From Octopus bimaculoides (lineage: Eukaryota): a stretch of 64,000 nt of DNA. The notes beneath the pieces were generated by a model. It was given only the letters and a program-made list of their open reading frames with translations, did no database searches and was not told the DNA's origin. The DNA is taken from contig NC_068998.1 of assembly GCF_001194135.2 (NCBI RefSeq), positions 23,930,116-23,994,115 of the forward strand, read 5' to 3'. The translations under genes and the position numbers were made by a program. Positions 42,191 through 55,345 of this stretch are shown piece after piece (the stretch's first letter is position 1; every line of letters begins with the position of its first letter).

Positions 42191-42829
42191 ATAAGTTACA
42201 ATACCACCATCATTATTTTCCCATTGTTTGTTTGGAATCTTTATCTCTTTAATTATGTATCAACTGAAGTAGCTATTTAGTAAGATGCAAAAATATTTGC
42301 GTACTTAAATATACAGCCTATGTTAAATACACTAAACAGTTTAAAAACTAAGAAATCAAAACAAAGACACATATGGATTAACTTAGTAAATTGTTCCATT
42401 CAGTTTTACCTCACGGCCATTGTTTTGCATTTTCTAATTACTCTACTAAAATACCTGTTACAAACCTCCAAAATTATTTTCCATGGTGGGGGCTTGAACA
42501 AGATTTTATTATATGTTTTTATTTTTATATATCTAAGGTTTAAAATTGCCCATGTATACATGACTCGTTTCTAAATGTCATCAATGTTGTTGGAGGGTTG
42601 GGAAAGTGCTGTTGCAGCTTTGCAAAAGCCCGGGACAAACACCAAGAAGCAGCTTGTCTAACTAACCAACAACTCTATCACTATGACTTTTTCTTTCATC
42701 TATCAATGAGGAAAAAGATGAAAGGCATAGTCTATCTTGGTGTGAATTGAATTCAGAGTGCAGGCTACTAGAACAAATACAAAACTTCATACCAATGTTG
42801 TAATGAATGCAATATTCCATAAGAAGAAG

Positions 42830-43070
42830 GCAGCAACCTAGTAGAATTATTAGAATGCCAGGTGAAATACTTAGCGGTATTTTGTTTGCCATTATGTTCT
42901 GAGTTCAAATTCCACCGAGGTCAACTTTGCCTTTTATCCTTTCAGGGTCAATTAAATAAGTACCAGTTACACACTGGAGTCGATGTAATTGATTTAATCC
43001 CTTTGTCTGTCCTTGTTTATTTCTTCTATGTTTAGCCCCTTGTGGGCAATAAAGAAATAAATATCTCATA
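42830..43070 (+). mobile_element. tRNA-derived SINE family 2
   Basis: ctgagttcaaattccaccgaggtcaactttgccttt...aaataagtaccagttacacactggagtcgatgtaattg. Confidence 0.85.
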
Positions 43071-43829
43071 AGAAGAATGTCTCCACTTATCAAGCATGGA
43101 AAATTGGATGTATTATAGACAATTTATAAAGTATGTCAGCAAAAATAAGGATGTCTTGCTTCTCTTTCAACATCTGTATGAATCAATAATTTAAGAATGA
43201 TGCAGAGCATGGGATTAAATATATGCTATTTAACTTAAGTCTAAATGATTTCAATTACAGAAACCATTGAGAAAGGAATATGTCTATTTTCAATGTATCT
43301 TCACCTATTTTGGAAAAATTACCAAAGAAAATATATAAGAATTCATCTGATCCAAAAACTCTAATCAGAAAGAAAGAAAAAATTGCAATGATTCTTAAAT
43401 TACGCAGTAAGCTTTCTTATATTGTTCTATCACTGTTTTCCAACTTTTTTTAAACTTTTTCTCTTCTCAGAAATACTGGTAAAAATTCATTAATAATTCT
43501 AAAAGCGAAAGTATGTTTCTTCTGCTTAATGATGTTGACAGACAGAGATACTATATTAGATAGACTCCTAATTTCATGTTCATACATTTTGTTCATTCAT
43601 ATATTCTAATTTTATAGCAATTACAGAAAATGCAACTCATACAGTAATGATGTGCATCAGCAGTGCTTAAACACTGCTATTTTTCAGCTGAACAATTCAA
43701 TCATTGAAGTAACAGACTATAGTTAAGGTTTTAAAATTATGTATTCAAATGGAAGCATATTAAAACAATAACTCAAGAAGAGATACCAGAGTTGAGAATA
43801 GCTGTAATGCTTATGTAGATATATGTTGC

Positions 43830-44160
43830 AGTAATGGTGTTGTGGTAGTTGTGGTGGTGGTAACAATGGTGACTGTGTTAATGGTGGAGATGATATCAGC
43901 ACTTGTGTTGTGGTTGTTGTTGTTGTTGATGATGGAGGTTGCAGTGGATATAATACTGTTACCAGTCATTATGATGATAATGGCAGAGGTGTTGGTGATG
44001 CTAATAATAGTGAGTCTGGTGGTGGCGGTGGTGTTGTTAACAGTAGCAGTAGCTGACCATAGTGATTATGGTGGGGATGACAAAGTTGATAGTGATTACA
44101 GCAACATGTTTGGCAATAATTTTTTGATAACCATGATAATGACTTTAGTTTAGGTGAAGT
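43830..44160. repeat. Degenerate (GTG/GAT/GTA) trinucleotide low-complexity region
   Basis: Explains ORF 43842-44153. Confidence 0.85.
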
Positions 44161-44824
44161 CCTCAGGCTTTTAAATTCGAAAAACAGTAAAAAAAGGGGG
44201 AAAAAAGCATATTTCAGAAATGAATTGAATTTAAGATTATTCTAATTTAGATAATGCTATTCTAATTAGAAGGATTCCTTGTATTGAGCCAAGAAGTTGG
44301 TGATGGTGGTGGTGGTGGTGGTGGTGGTGGTCCAGTGTTGTTCTACTTCTTGAAATAATGTTTTCTAGAATAAGCACAATGCTGAAATTATGAAAGGCAT
44401 AGTTGCTCTTGGCAGGATTTGAATTAAGATTGTAAAGTGAATTAAACAAATTGCAGAAGGTAATTTTGCCTTTTTACTCTACAGCTTCTGCCAATCAACT
44501 ACTATTGAAATAATGTTTGTTTTAAAATATTCAACATAATTAGGTAGTTAGACAATTTACAGTCTTCATTAATGGACGAGGGAAGTGGTTGACAAAGGAT
44601 GAAGTTGCTGTCAAAAAACTGGAGGACAGAGCTACTTTGCAATGAAAGAATAGAGAAAAGTGTTGTCATTAAGGTACGTGTGTATAAAGTTAGTTGTCAA
44701 TGCAATGAGTTTATGAGCAACATTACTGAGAACAGAAGTCAGAACTTGTGATGGGTGATAGTAAGGTCCTTCGAAGTCATAGATTCATAGGTCCAGTTTT
44801 ATGGTTTCTATGGTGTATATATTC

Positions 44825-45005
44825 TCCACCTGGACAGGATGCCAGTCCATCATAGGATTACTCATTTTTGCCAGCTGAGAGTTCTAGAGGAATGTGAAAT
44901 GAAGTATTTCACTCAAGAATATAACATGTTACCCAGTCCAGGATTTTAAACCACAATCTTACAATCAAGAGTCCAACACTCTGACCACTAAGCCACGTGC
45001 CTCCA
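44825..45005 (-). mobile_element. tRNA-derived SINE (third type), decayed
   Basis: gtgaaatgaagtatttcactcaagaatataac...ccaggattttaaaccacaatctt...ctgaccactaagccacgtgcctcc: reversed A/B-box head plus body. Confidence 0.55.
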
Positions 45006-46440
45006 CTGTGGTGGGTGGTAGGTTAGAAAACACCAATAAGGGATAGAAATATAATGGTGAGAACATTTTAGAGGAATGTAATCAAAGTTGCTCAGTCTTC
45101 TACTGAGTTTGATAGTGTTGATTTTTCAGTGGGAACAACCCTAATTTGTTGTTAGCTGGAAAGACATCTGGAGAAAAGCTATTCTAGAGAGCTGACATTC
45201 TGGAGAGAAAGTTGAGGAGAGTATGAATAATGGCAGGAGGAGAGATGAGTATTTCTGAGTTTTCTGAATAGAGGTAGTATACAACTAGTTCATTCGAGGG
45301 ATCGAATTCTATGGTAGGAGTGATTAGAATATGTAGATAGGGATAACAATATATATATATGCATACCCAAGGGTTGTAGTGTTGCAAGAAATAATATTGG
45401 ACCAAAAGATTGATGGCTTACTGTGTATAGGATTCAAAAAGTATTGTTACTTCTTACTCAAGCATTAGTACTGAAGTTTCCATGGAGATAACATTAAAAC
45501 AATTCAGCATATGAAACTACATAAGAACAAAATTAGCATAATAGAAGAATCCAATTATACACTAGACTTAGTCCCCTTGAGACAATCCTGTCAAAAGACA
45601 GGATTACCAGGCATAGTATATCTTGGACCTCATGAAGCATATATACTTCCTCTTTATGATAGTGTGGTGTGATTTGGAGGTAAAGAATTGACTATTACTT
45701 CCAGAAGGTTCAGTAAGAATACTAACTCTCATATTTTGATTACCTTAAACAAATGTTGTTATTCAATTTTAGGTCAGCCTTGATCAATTAGTTCTTTGAT
45801 CATTGATCTTTCAGACATAAATCTCTTATCTTGTAGATAAATGTATTTAAGATTACATTTAAGTGATAGTGTATTTAAGACTACATTTTACAATAGGTTT
45901 TTCATTATTGTAGACAGTAATATGAAGTTTGAGGATGATAAATTTTGGTAGGTGTTTACTATGGGCCTCCTCATCAAATTCCCTTAAACAGACTTATTAT
46001 TTAACATAGATGTGATTTGTTGCCTTTCACAGCTAAACTCAAAATTTAAATTGGGCCATGATTATACACAGGATAGTAATTAGCTTTATATACACATTAG
46101 GAATCATAGACTTTAAACTGCTAGAATAGAGTTTGACCAAAATTTCTACTACAAACTGATCTCAAATTCAAACTCACACTAATTACACACTACAGTCTTG
46201 AGAAAATGAAGAATCACAAGAATAATGTAGTTTTAAATACATTATTTTTAAATATAAAATAAGAATGTTGCAGCTGCAATGTCATTGATCATAAAACTGC
46301 TTATCAGATGTAGCCTGAAGCTGAACAACAGCACAAGCAACAATGTTGAAGCCATGATCAGTGAACAACGTCTACACAGTCACTGAGCCACCCACTAGAA
46401 GCAGCAGCTAGCAGCAGACAATGTTTCTTTCTAATCACAG

Positions 46441-46536
46441 AATACCAGTTCTGAAGAGGAAAGTTATATGGCATAATGTGCCTGATGATCAAGAGAAATT
46501 GTATTTCAGAAACAAATCATGGGACGATCTCAGTTT
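46441..46536 (+). CDS. Candidate symmetric (96-bp, phase 2) coding exon of unidentified gene
   Basis: tttctttctaatcacag acceptor, GTATGT donor, open frame IPVLKRKVIWHNVPDDQEKLYFRNKSWDDLS; no homolog recognised. Confidence 0.3.
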
Positions 46537-47934
46537 GTATGTCTTTCATCATTGGATCTATAATAATCTGTTAACAAATTCTAAAGTTTACGAACCGTTG
46601 TAGTAGTTGTAATTTTAAAGAAAATAGAACACATCTACCCATATATGGACCATAGGTTGGGAGAAAATTGTTTTTGCTGTTTAGTTTCAAGTAAACCATT
46701 TATTTAGCTGACAAATGATTTCAAATATTTCAACTATAACCCTTTAATTCTTTATTCAAGCAAAGTATCTTGGACTATATTATCTGATATGAACTTCCTT
46801 TTCGAGATGGGTATATACTTCAAGGGAGATTTCAATGCTGTTTCCAGAAAGTCGTACAAAATTATGCTCACTTCTTCAGATACACATATATGCTCATGAA
46901 TATATGACAGGTGCAATGCGCAAAATATAAGAAATTGATATGTTGTTTGGAATGTATTTTATTGTGTAGATGCTAGCAGCCATGTAGGAATGAAATACTT
47001 TCTGCAATCCCTTATACAAATAAACATCTCGGAATGATTATATATTCAGTTGAACTTTAAGAAACAAAGTGCTATAAATATAGATAAAAATATTTCTCCC
47101 TCTGTCCCCCATTCATATATAAATCAATCATTAAATCTAAAGATGGGAGCTTCACATTGAGGAAATTAAAATCAGATAATTTTCAGTAGAATGTCATGAA
47201 AAATTTGAAATAAAAATCTTGAAAATAATGTATATACACATTCTCATAAATATTAATAATGTTGAAAAATACATACATACTCACAGATATACACACGAAT
47301 ATATTAATACACTTATAGATATAAATATATGTAAATCTTTGTGTGCGTGTATAATTACTTGCATATGTTAGCTTTTAGGTATATCTTAAATTAATAGAAG
47401 AGGGAAAATATAATCTTTACCAACAAGAGATGTAAGAATCCCAATAAGTTGTATTTGAGTTATATAGATTCTCATTCTCTCACTCTTTTCTTCCTATGTT
47501 TACATAAGCATGCATTCTCTTTCTTTATCTGCTTCATCTACTCCCCTTTGTCTTTACACACACACACACACACACACATTGGCATATACAATCCTGATTA
47601 TAAACGTCATTTGTTAACAATTGGATTATATATCATTATGTTTCAATTCTAGATAAGTTATGAACTAACAGGTTATATATAAGTTACTATTCCATTTAAT
47701 TTAGTACACAAGGACAACATATAAGTAACAGAAACAGTTGTTTGAATCATCTCTCCATATATTACTGGTATTAATTAAGTACACATTATTTTAATGAAAA
47801 CTGAAGCCAAAGATCTTTTGAAGAATATGAAACTATATATTACACTTCAGTACATTTGCTACCATAGTATTCAGTTAATAACCTGCCTCTTTTAAAGATA
47901 TATATTAACTGTTTGTCCCAGCTATATTACATAT

Positions 47935-48264
47935 TGTTCTATATTTAAGAGATGAGAAATTACGTACATTATTTACATTATTTATATTTGTCGAATATTT
48001 ATCCTCATCTTGTTTGTTGTTAACACAACATTTCAGCAGATATACCCTCCAGCCCTCATCAGATGTCTTGGGAAAATTTTGAACTTGTGTTCTCATTCCT
48101 AAGGTATTTGTTGTTGTTGTTGTTGTTATTATTATTCATGTCACTGCTTGGAATCAAGCTCAGAATCTTGGGGTTAAGAGCACGGGCTACTAACCCCAAG
48201 ATTCCGAGTTCGATTCCAGGCACTGACTTGAATAATAATACTGATAATAATAAAAAAAATTTTT

Positions 48265-48336
<72 letters not shown>

Positions 48337-48476
48337 TCGAAAAATACCTTAGGATGAGATCCCAGGTTCGAAATTTCTCCAAGACACTTGATGAAGACTG
48401 GAGGGTATATCTGCTGAAATGTTGTGTTAACAAAGATGAGGACAAATATCCGTCAAATGTAAATAATGTAAATAAT
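47935..48476. mobile_element. Head-to-head inverted pair of a tRNA-head/(AAT)n/hammerhead-tail short element (~510-bp imperfect palindrome)
   Basis: 47968-48110 is the reverse complement of ~48340-48476; inner arms 48135-48176 and 48191-48232 (6 mismatches in 42); B-box GAGTTCGATTCC at 48206-48217. Confidence 0.88.
48022..48067 (-). ncRNA. Minimal type I hammerhead motif (core intact, stems partly decayed)
   Basis: gacat-CUGAUGA-g-ggcug...cugcu-GAAA-UGUU-gugu; the sister copy at 48383-48428 has UUGAUGA. Confidence 0.5.
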
Positions 48477-48489
48477 ATTGCTTTGAAGT

Positions 48490-48682
48490 TTTTGTGCTAG
48501 GCCAGCAATATTGGGGGAGGGAAAAGTCAATTAGACTGACCCCAGTGTTCAGCTAGTACTTATTGTATTGACTCTGAAAGGGTGAAGGGCAAAGCTGGAC
48601 CTGGCAGAATTTGAACTCAGAATGTAATGACAGATGAAATGTTGCTAAGTATTCTTCGCAGCATGCTAGTTACTCTGTCAGC
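48490..48682 (-). mobile_element. tRNA-derived SINE family 2
   Basis: ggcaaagctggacctggcagaatttgaactcagaat, reverse homolog of 20222. Confidence 0.8.
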
Positions 48683-48685
48683 ATA

Positions 48686-48900
48686 ATAGTCTCAAATTTT
48701 GGCACAGAGCCAGTTAGTTTGGGGGAGAGGTGATTGAATTACATTGAGCCTTTTGTTTAGCTGGTACTTATTTTATCAACCTTGGAAAGATAAAAGGCAA
48801 AGTTGACACTGGCAGAATTTGAACTCAGAATATAAAGACAGATGAAATGCCAGTAAGCATTTTATCTGATATGCTAATGATTCTGCTAGCTTGCCATATT
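48686..48900 (-). mobile_element. tRNA-derived SINE family 2
   Basis: ggtacttattttatcaacc...ggcaaagttgacactggcagaatttgaactcag. Confidence 0.8.
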
Positions 48901-49132
48901 CTATTTATATTACATATTAATTAACAATTGAGTCAATGTGTAAATTCGTACATGGTCTCTTGACTTGCTAGAAATGGTAACCAATTATCCTTCAAATCAC
49001 ATGCATTCTTTTTGAAAAGGTTCCACAAATTCAAACAATGTAATCCAAGTTACACAGTGCGATATGATGGCTGTGGCTTGAATAGTTTTCATTACAAGTT
49101 TATTCAATCTGATAAACAAGAGCAACAAATCC

Positions 49133-49290
49133 ATATGGCTTTCAAATTTTTGCACAAGGCCAGAAAGTTCCAGGAGGGGATAAGTCAATTGTACTGACTC
49201 CAGTGCCCAAGTGGTACTTATTTTATTGACCCCCAAGAAGGATGGAAGGCAAAGTTGACCTTGGCAGAATTTGAACACAGAACAAAGACA
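49133..49290 (-). mobile_element. tRNA-derived SINE family 2 (5'-truncated)
   Basis: ggtacttattttattgacccc...ggcaaagttgaccttggcagaatttgaac. Confidence 0.8.
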
Positions 49291-49740
49291 GTAAATTCCT
49301 ATTAACCATATCCAACATATCATAATACACATATTTTAGTATCATGCATATATATTAACCATATTTAAGGTGGTAGAGCATTTAAACCGGCCTAATCAAG
49401 CCAAAATATTCTACCTGTTTTATATTCAAACTGGCCAGATTCAATGTAATTGTAAAAATAAACAATGACGTCATTGAAATTTTGAAGCTCCAAGGTAATA
49501 CATGATTGCTTCAAAATGATGTGAATAAATAAGCATTACATTTGGTGGATTAATCTGAATGCTAAAGGGTTAAGCTGCGGGAGAAAGTGGTGCATGGTAC
49601 TTACATCCTTTTGAATTTTAAGTACAAATCCTGCTATGGACGAATTTGCTTTCAAGTTTCCCGAGTCAATAACATAGAAATACCACTCTAGTACTGAGAT
49701 CAATCTGACTGACTGTTCCCTTTCCAGGATTTTCTAGATA

Positions 49741-50520
49741 GATGCAGACATAACTCTCTGTTAAGAAGTTTGTTTCCCAGTCACATGGTTCTGGGTTCAG
49801 TCCCACTGCATGAAATCTTGGTCAGCTGTCTCCAACTATAGGCTTGAGTCAACCAAAGCCTTGGGAGTGGATTTCATAGGGGGAAACTGAACGAAGCCGA
49901 TTTTTGACACATGAAATACACGATTTTGAGCGTGGCCGTTGCCAGTACCGCCTGACTGGCCTTCGTAGGATTTTCGAGCGAGATCGTTGCCAGTGCCGCC
50001 TGGCTGGCCTTCGTGGGATTTTTGAGCGAGATCCTTGCCCGTGCCCCTGGACTGGCTCTTGTGCGGGTGGCATATAAAATGCCCCATTTTGAGCGTGGCC
50101 GCTGCCAGTACCACCTGACTGGCCTTCGTGCGGGTGACACGTAAAAGCACCCACTACACTCTCTAATTGGTTGCCGTTAGGAAGGGCATCCACCTGTAGA
50201 AACTCTGCCAAATCAGATTGGAGCCTGGTGTAGCCATCTGGTTTCACCAGTCCTCAGTCAAATCGTCCAACCCATGCTAGCATGGAAGGCGGACGTTAAA
50301 CGATGATGATGATGATGATGTTTGTGTGTGTGTATATATTTGTGTGTGTGCTTGACAACTGGTGTTTGTTTATACCCTTGTAACTTAGCAGTTTGGCAAA
50401 AAAAAGAGCAATAGAATACCAGGCTAAATAAAGGCTAAAAGCGCTGGGGTCAATTCGTTTGACTAAAATCCTTCAAAGTGGGCTGCATCATTGCCACAGT
50501 CTAATGATGGAAACAAATAA
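49741..50520 (+). mobile_element. SINE family 1 split by a nested RTE-type insertion
   Basis: Head and body 49741-49898, resuming 50321-50520 (ttgacaactggtg...gggtcaattcgtttgactaaa...gccacagtctaatgatggaaacaaataaaag). Confidence 0.8.
49899..50320 (+). mobile_element. Young RTE-type 3' element with four ~45-bp internal tandem units and (GAT)n tail
   Basis: Unit ttttgagcgtggccgttgccagtaccgcctgactggccttcgt; CpGs retained; ends ccaacccatgctagcatggaaggcggacgttaaac(gat)n. Confidence 0.88.
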
Positions 50521-51119
50521 AAGATAAAATGAATAAGATGCTTCCGTGCTCAAAGATAAATAAACAAATAAATAAATAGATAAATAAATGAAAATTATGA
50601 TCAGAAAGGCACGCTTTTAGATAAGATATACTTAATTGCTCACCATATGATAAATAATTTGAATGTTTGTCATAACTTTTCCGTTCTGATTTTGACACAA
50701 AACATATTAATCTGCTTTTCTCAGCTTGATTCCCAAACCTATTTCACAGTTTTGAGATGAATGCTAGAATAAATATGTAATCCAGGAATAAAAATTTCGG
50801 TTTCCTTCCAAAAAATTTAACTGTCAAAAGAGATTATCTGGAAGATGTTTCTGCTAAACAGCTTACAATAAAATACTCCCTACACTTTGATTAGTATTGA
50901 CACATATACATATAAGAAAAACAATATTCCCTAAATTAGCATATTTAAAAAGGTATATTGCAAGGATGGCAAACATGTTCTATTAACTGCAAGCAGAATC
51001 AAATTAAAAATCCGTACAGAAATTCATACAGTAAATCAATATGGTGTACAGAATTTTCTGATTATTTCTGTGATTTCCCCAAAGAATCACTTCTTATATG
51101 GGATTTGTATAAAAATTAT

Positions 51120-51244
51120 NNNNNNNNNNNNNNNNNNNNNNNNNNNNNNNNNNNNNNNNNNNNNNNNNNNNNNNNNNNNNNNNNNNNNNNNNNNNNNNNN
51201 NNNNNNNNNNNNNNNNNNNNNNNNNNNNNNNNNNNNNNNNNNNN
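51120..51244. other. Assembly gap (N run)
   Basis: N run followed by (TA)/(CA) tracts. Confidence 0.99.
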
Positions 51245-51265
51245 TATATAATATGTATGTGTGTG

Positions 51266-51317
<52 letters not shown>

Positions 51318-51337
51318 TAGATAGATACACACACACA

Positions 51338-51379
<42 letters not shown>

Positions 51380-51619
51380 AATATATATATATATGTATAT
51401 ACACATAAATATACATATATACATATAAATATATAAACACAAACACACATGCATATTTATATACACACCAATATACTGAAATACATATATGTCTATGTGA
51501 ATGTCTACCATTCTTTCTACCTGTGTTTGTGTGTTTATATGCATTTCTATATGAATTATGGCTTTCAATCTGATTCATTTTATACATTTATGAAATTCTC
51601 TCTAAGCACTTTGCTATAA

Positions 51620-52335
51620 TGGTGATGAGATGAAGAAAGTTTACCGGAACAGAAAGCGAAAAGAAAAGACAACGAAGGAGTATCTGTGGTGACTTACAAA
51701 AATATCAATTTCAAAGATGAAAGCCAGAAACATAATTACAGCAATAAGCTGACCTGCAGTGATAGTGTTTCAATATGGCACTGGACTTCTGAAGTGGACA
51801 GAGGGTGAATTAAAGTGTTGGACAGGAAGACAAGAAAGCTTCTAACAATGCATGGAGCCCATCATCCATGTGCTGACACTGACAGTCTATACATGTAGAG
51901 AGGAAATGGAGGAAGGTAACTGGTGAGTGTGGAAAACTGGATACATATCAAATTTCAGAATTTATTGAGTTATCCATCCCAAATTGAGGAAATCTTGCCA
52001 GGAACAGATAAAGATGAGTAAAAATTGAAATCAGGAAAAAAGAAAAGAACAAAACAAAGGATATGAAGAAACACTATGCAACAAGGAACAACGCAATTTC
52101 TTGTAGCCACAACTGAAGTTGCTGGGAAACGTTGATGGGACTGGCTGAAAAAAGAAACACTGAAAAAGCGACTGAAAGCAAAATATTGGTAGTGCAAAAC
52201 CAAATTTTGACCACAAATTGGAAGGTCAAACTTAGGAATGAGTAAGTATTTTCTCTATGCCAAATCTGTAATAGAGTTGATGAAACGATTGTCCATATCA
52301 TGAACGAATGCCCTTGACTTGCCAAACATCAATTT
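51620..52335 (+). mobile_element. R4/Dong-type LINE fragment (RT thumb to CCHC knuckle), decayed
   Basis: MKARNIITAIS...QYGTGLLKWTEGELK..LDRKTRKLLTMHGAHHPCADTDSLY; QFLVATTEVAGKR*WDWLKK; CQICNRVDETIVHIMNEC. Confidence 0.82.
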
Positions 52336-52619
52336 AAGTTGTAAAGAAACGATGAGGTAGTAAAAATTATACATTGAAAACTGTGTGAAAAGTGGGGGTT
52401 AGAGAGAGAGAGAGAGAGAATTAAAACATGGTGTGAGTACAAACCACACAGAGTTGATAAAACAGGGGACAACTGATGAAGGTAATGTTCTTTGTGCATC
52501 CTGTTTCGTTTCTCTATTTGTTTCTTTCGTTGTTTGAAAAAAGAGTTCATTTTCATGCTTTGGTTATTTTATGTTCTCGTTTCTCATTTTGTCACTTTTC
52601 TTTGACGTCTTGTACCCAT

Positions 52620-52759
52620 ATATTCATGTATATATGCATATATATGTTAGGCATGTACATATATGTGTGTATATATGCATATATATATATATATGTATAT
52701 ACAGGTATATATATATATAATCATAATAATATTAGGAACAATATTATTAAATAAATATT

Positions 52760-52818
<59 letters not shown>

Positions 52819-52938
52819 ACACACACACATATATACATACATACGTACATGCATATATATATGTACATATACACACATACGTACATGCATATATATATGT
52901 ATATATATATACACATACATACATGCATATCTATATAG

Positions 52939-52976
<38 letters not shown>

Positions 52977-53528
52977 NNNNNNNNNNNNNNNNNNNNNNNN
53001 NNNNNNNNNNNNNNNNNNNNNNNNNNNNNNNNNNNNNNNNNNNNNNNNNNNNNNNNNNNNNNNNNNNNNNNNNNNNNNNNNNNNNNNNNNNNNNNNNNNN
53101 NNNNNNNNNNNNNNNNNNNNNNNNNNNNNNNNNNNNNNNNNNNNNNNNNNNNNNNNNNNNNNNNNNNNNNNNNNNNNNNNNNNNNNNNNNNNNNNNNNNN
53201 NNNNNNNNNNNNNNNNNNNNNNNNNNNNNNNNNNNNNNNNNNNNNNNNNNNNNNNNNNNNNNNNNNNNNNNNNNNNNNNNNNNNNNNNNNNNNNNNNNNN
53301 NNNNNNNNNNNNNNNNNNNNNNNNNNNNNNNNNNNNNNNNNNNNNNNNNNNNNNNNNNNNNNNNNNNNNNNNNNNNNNNNNNNNNNNNNNNNNNNNNNNN
53401 NNNNNNNNNNNNNNNNNNNNNNNNNNNNNNNNNNNNNNNNNNNNNNNNNNNNNNNNNNNNNNNNTATATATATATATACATATATATATATACATATATA
53501 TATGAATGTATATACATTGATGCATATA

Positions 53529-53559
<31 letters not shown>

Positions 53560-53624
53560 ATATAAATGTATGTATGTATATGCATTCAATCATATAATAC
53601 ATACACACGCATGCACACACACAC

Positions 53625-53660
<36 letters not shown>
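52620..53660. repeat. Compound (TA)n/(CA)n/(TACA)n region enclosing an N gap (52977-53463)
   Basis: Direct reading. Confidence 0.97.
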
Positions 53661-53661
<1 letters not shown>

Positions 53662-55049
53662 ATCTTTGAAAAAGTTCTTACTCTCAAGAACTAAAATCAT
53701 ACATGAGAAAGACATTTGGAAAGATTTATGACTGACCAAATATCAAGAACATTCTACACTCAGTTTCATTGGTATTGATGTGTACAAATATAAACAAGTA
53801 TATTCCCTAAATTACCAAATTTCCAAGTTATAAGGAAATAGTTGTAAATATGTTCAGTTTACTGTTTACTGTAATCAAGTTTAAAATCCTAGAAAAGTAT
53901 ATTGAATAAATCATTAAACCATGTTCAGTTTTTGGAATATTCCAGTAATTTCCCAAAAGATAGGCCGCAGCTTCTGTGGATTTGTACAGATATTATAAGC
54001 AAATTTTTGTGGCAGTACACACATACACACACACACACACACATGTGCGTGTGTGTCTTTGAAGGGATAAACATATAAGTGCTGGCATGGTTGTGTGGTT
54101 AAGATCACTTTGGAACGACGTGGTTTCGGTGTTCAGTCCCACTACACGGTAACCAAGGCAAATACGTTCTACTGTGTCCAGTGAGTGAGAGTGGCATAGA
54201 CCTTCTTCACAGAAACCATTGAGGCAAAATGTTTCGTTAATTGCCCAAAAATCAATCGATTGTGAAATCTGAGTTAAAAAGTTGAAATTTGTTGCGTACA
54301 TATTCGGGAAGAAAGATGAAAGATCAAATATCAGCAGCTGCAATCACGATTATTTCCATTAATTGGGAGAAACCTAAAAGAAATATCTAAAAGAAAGAAA
54401 ATAACATTATGAGAAACGGATTTAGAACGATAATAAAAACGAACTGCGTGATTCCCAGAAAATCATTTGAAATATTACTTGATCAACTGATAGAAACTTA
54501 ATAAACATATTTACGAAATCAATGTCTAGTTATAAACGGCTCTTGCGTAATTAACCCGAATTTAATTTTGATTTTAACTGAAGTAGAGAATCTTAGTTGC
54601 CTCAGCTTTGCATTATGCATTATGTGTTTTAAGTTGATTTCTGTTTTGTCAGTACATTCATAATTTAGCGTTATCAATAGGGTTAATTCAATTTTAAATT
54701 TCATTCTTCATCCTGCGTGTTATATAGAATAACAACTTTATGTCCAACAACACCCATTTCTAATACATTTGTAGCATTCATCCGTCTGTTACGGTTTTTA
54801 ACACCTGTATTTTAATTTTTTATAATCTTTCACCATTTTACTTGATGATGTGCGTTTGAATAACAATATATTTCTCCCCGGCCACTGTGTATCTCTTGAT
54901 TTATTTCAATCGGCTCCACCCCTAGAGGATGTGTAACAAGTTCAAAGTGGTAACTGGAACCAGCTCCAAGCGACAAGGGAAGATAATCGCAAGTATGAAG
55001 AATTCTCCAAATTTGACATTCTATTAAGGCAAATGGCATGTTTATTATT

Positions 55050-55345
55050 TGGAGATAAAAAGCGCAATTGTGAACACGTGTTTCTACCACAATAGTTATC
55101 ATCAGCACGACAGTTGTCTCCTTGGGATAAATTAGAACAATTGTCATGCTGATGACAGAGTAGAAGCTCTGAGCCGGCAAAGCAGCGAAGATATTCTATT
55201 TAATCCTGTATTTGTCTGACTAGGTGTCGAAGACTACCAGCAAAAATTGCAAGAATACAAAGCTAACCAAGGTTTTCTCCGGCTACAGCATTATTGATTA
55301 AATCTCGTAAATGTGTACAATAATAGCCTTACCCAAATTTCTTTT
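55050..55345 (-). repeat. Left arm of ~300-bp inverted repeat with hammerhead motif (minus strand, 55063-55113)
   Basis: About 80% identical by eye to the reverse complement of 55688-55980; minus strand gucgug-CUGAUGA-uaacuauuguggua-GAA-ACACGUGU-U-cacaau. Confidence 0.78.

Noticed and set aside
48178-48232. Possible tRNA gene
   Set aside because: Only a partial tRNA-like head (B box; truncated A box; no acceptor stem), belonging to a SINE-like element.
49925-50140. Regular ~45-bp repeats (and the 17-bp array at 41793) as a possible CRISPR-like array
   Set aside because: Units are contiguous without unique spacers; they lie in or next to an RTE-type tail in a eukaryotic context.
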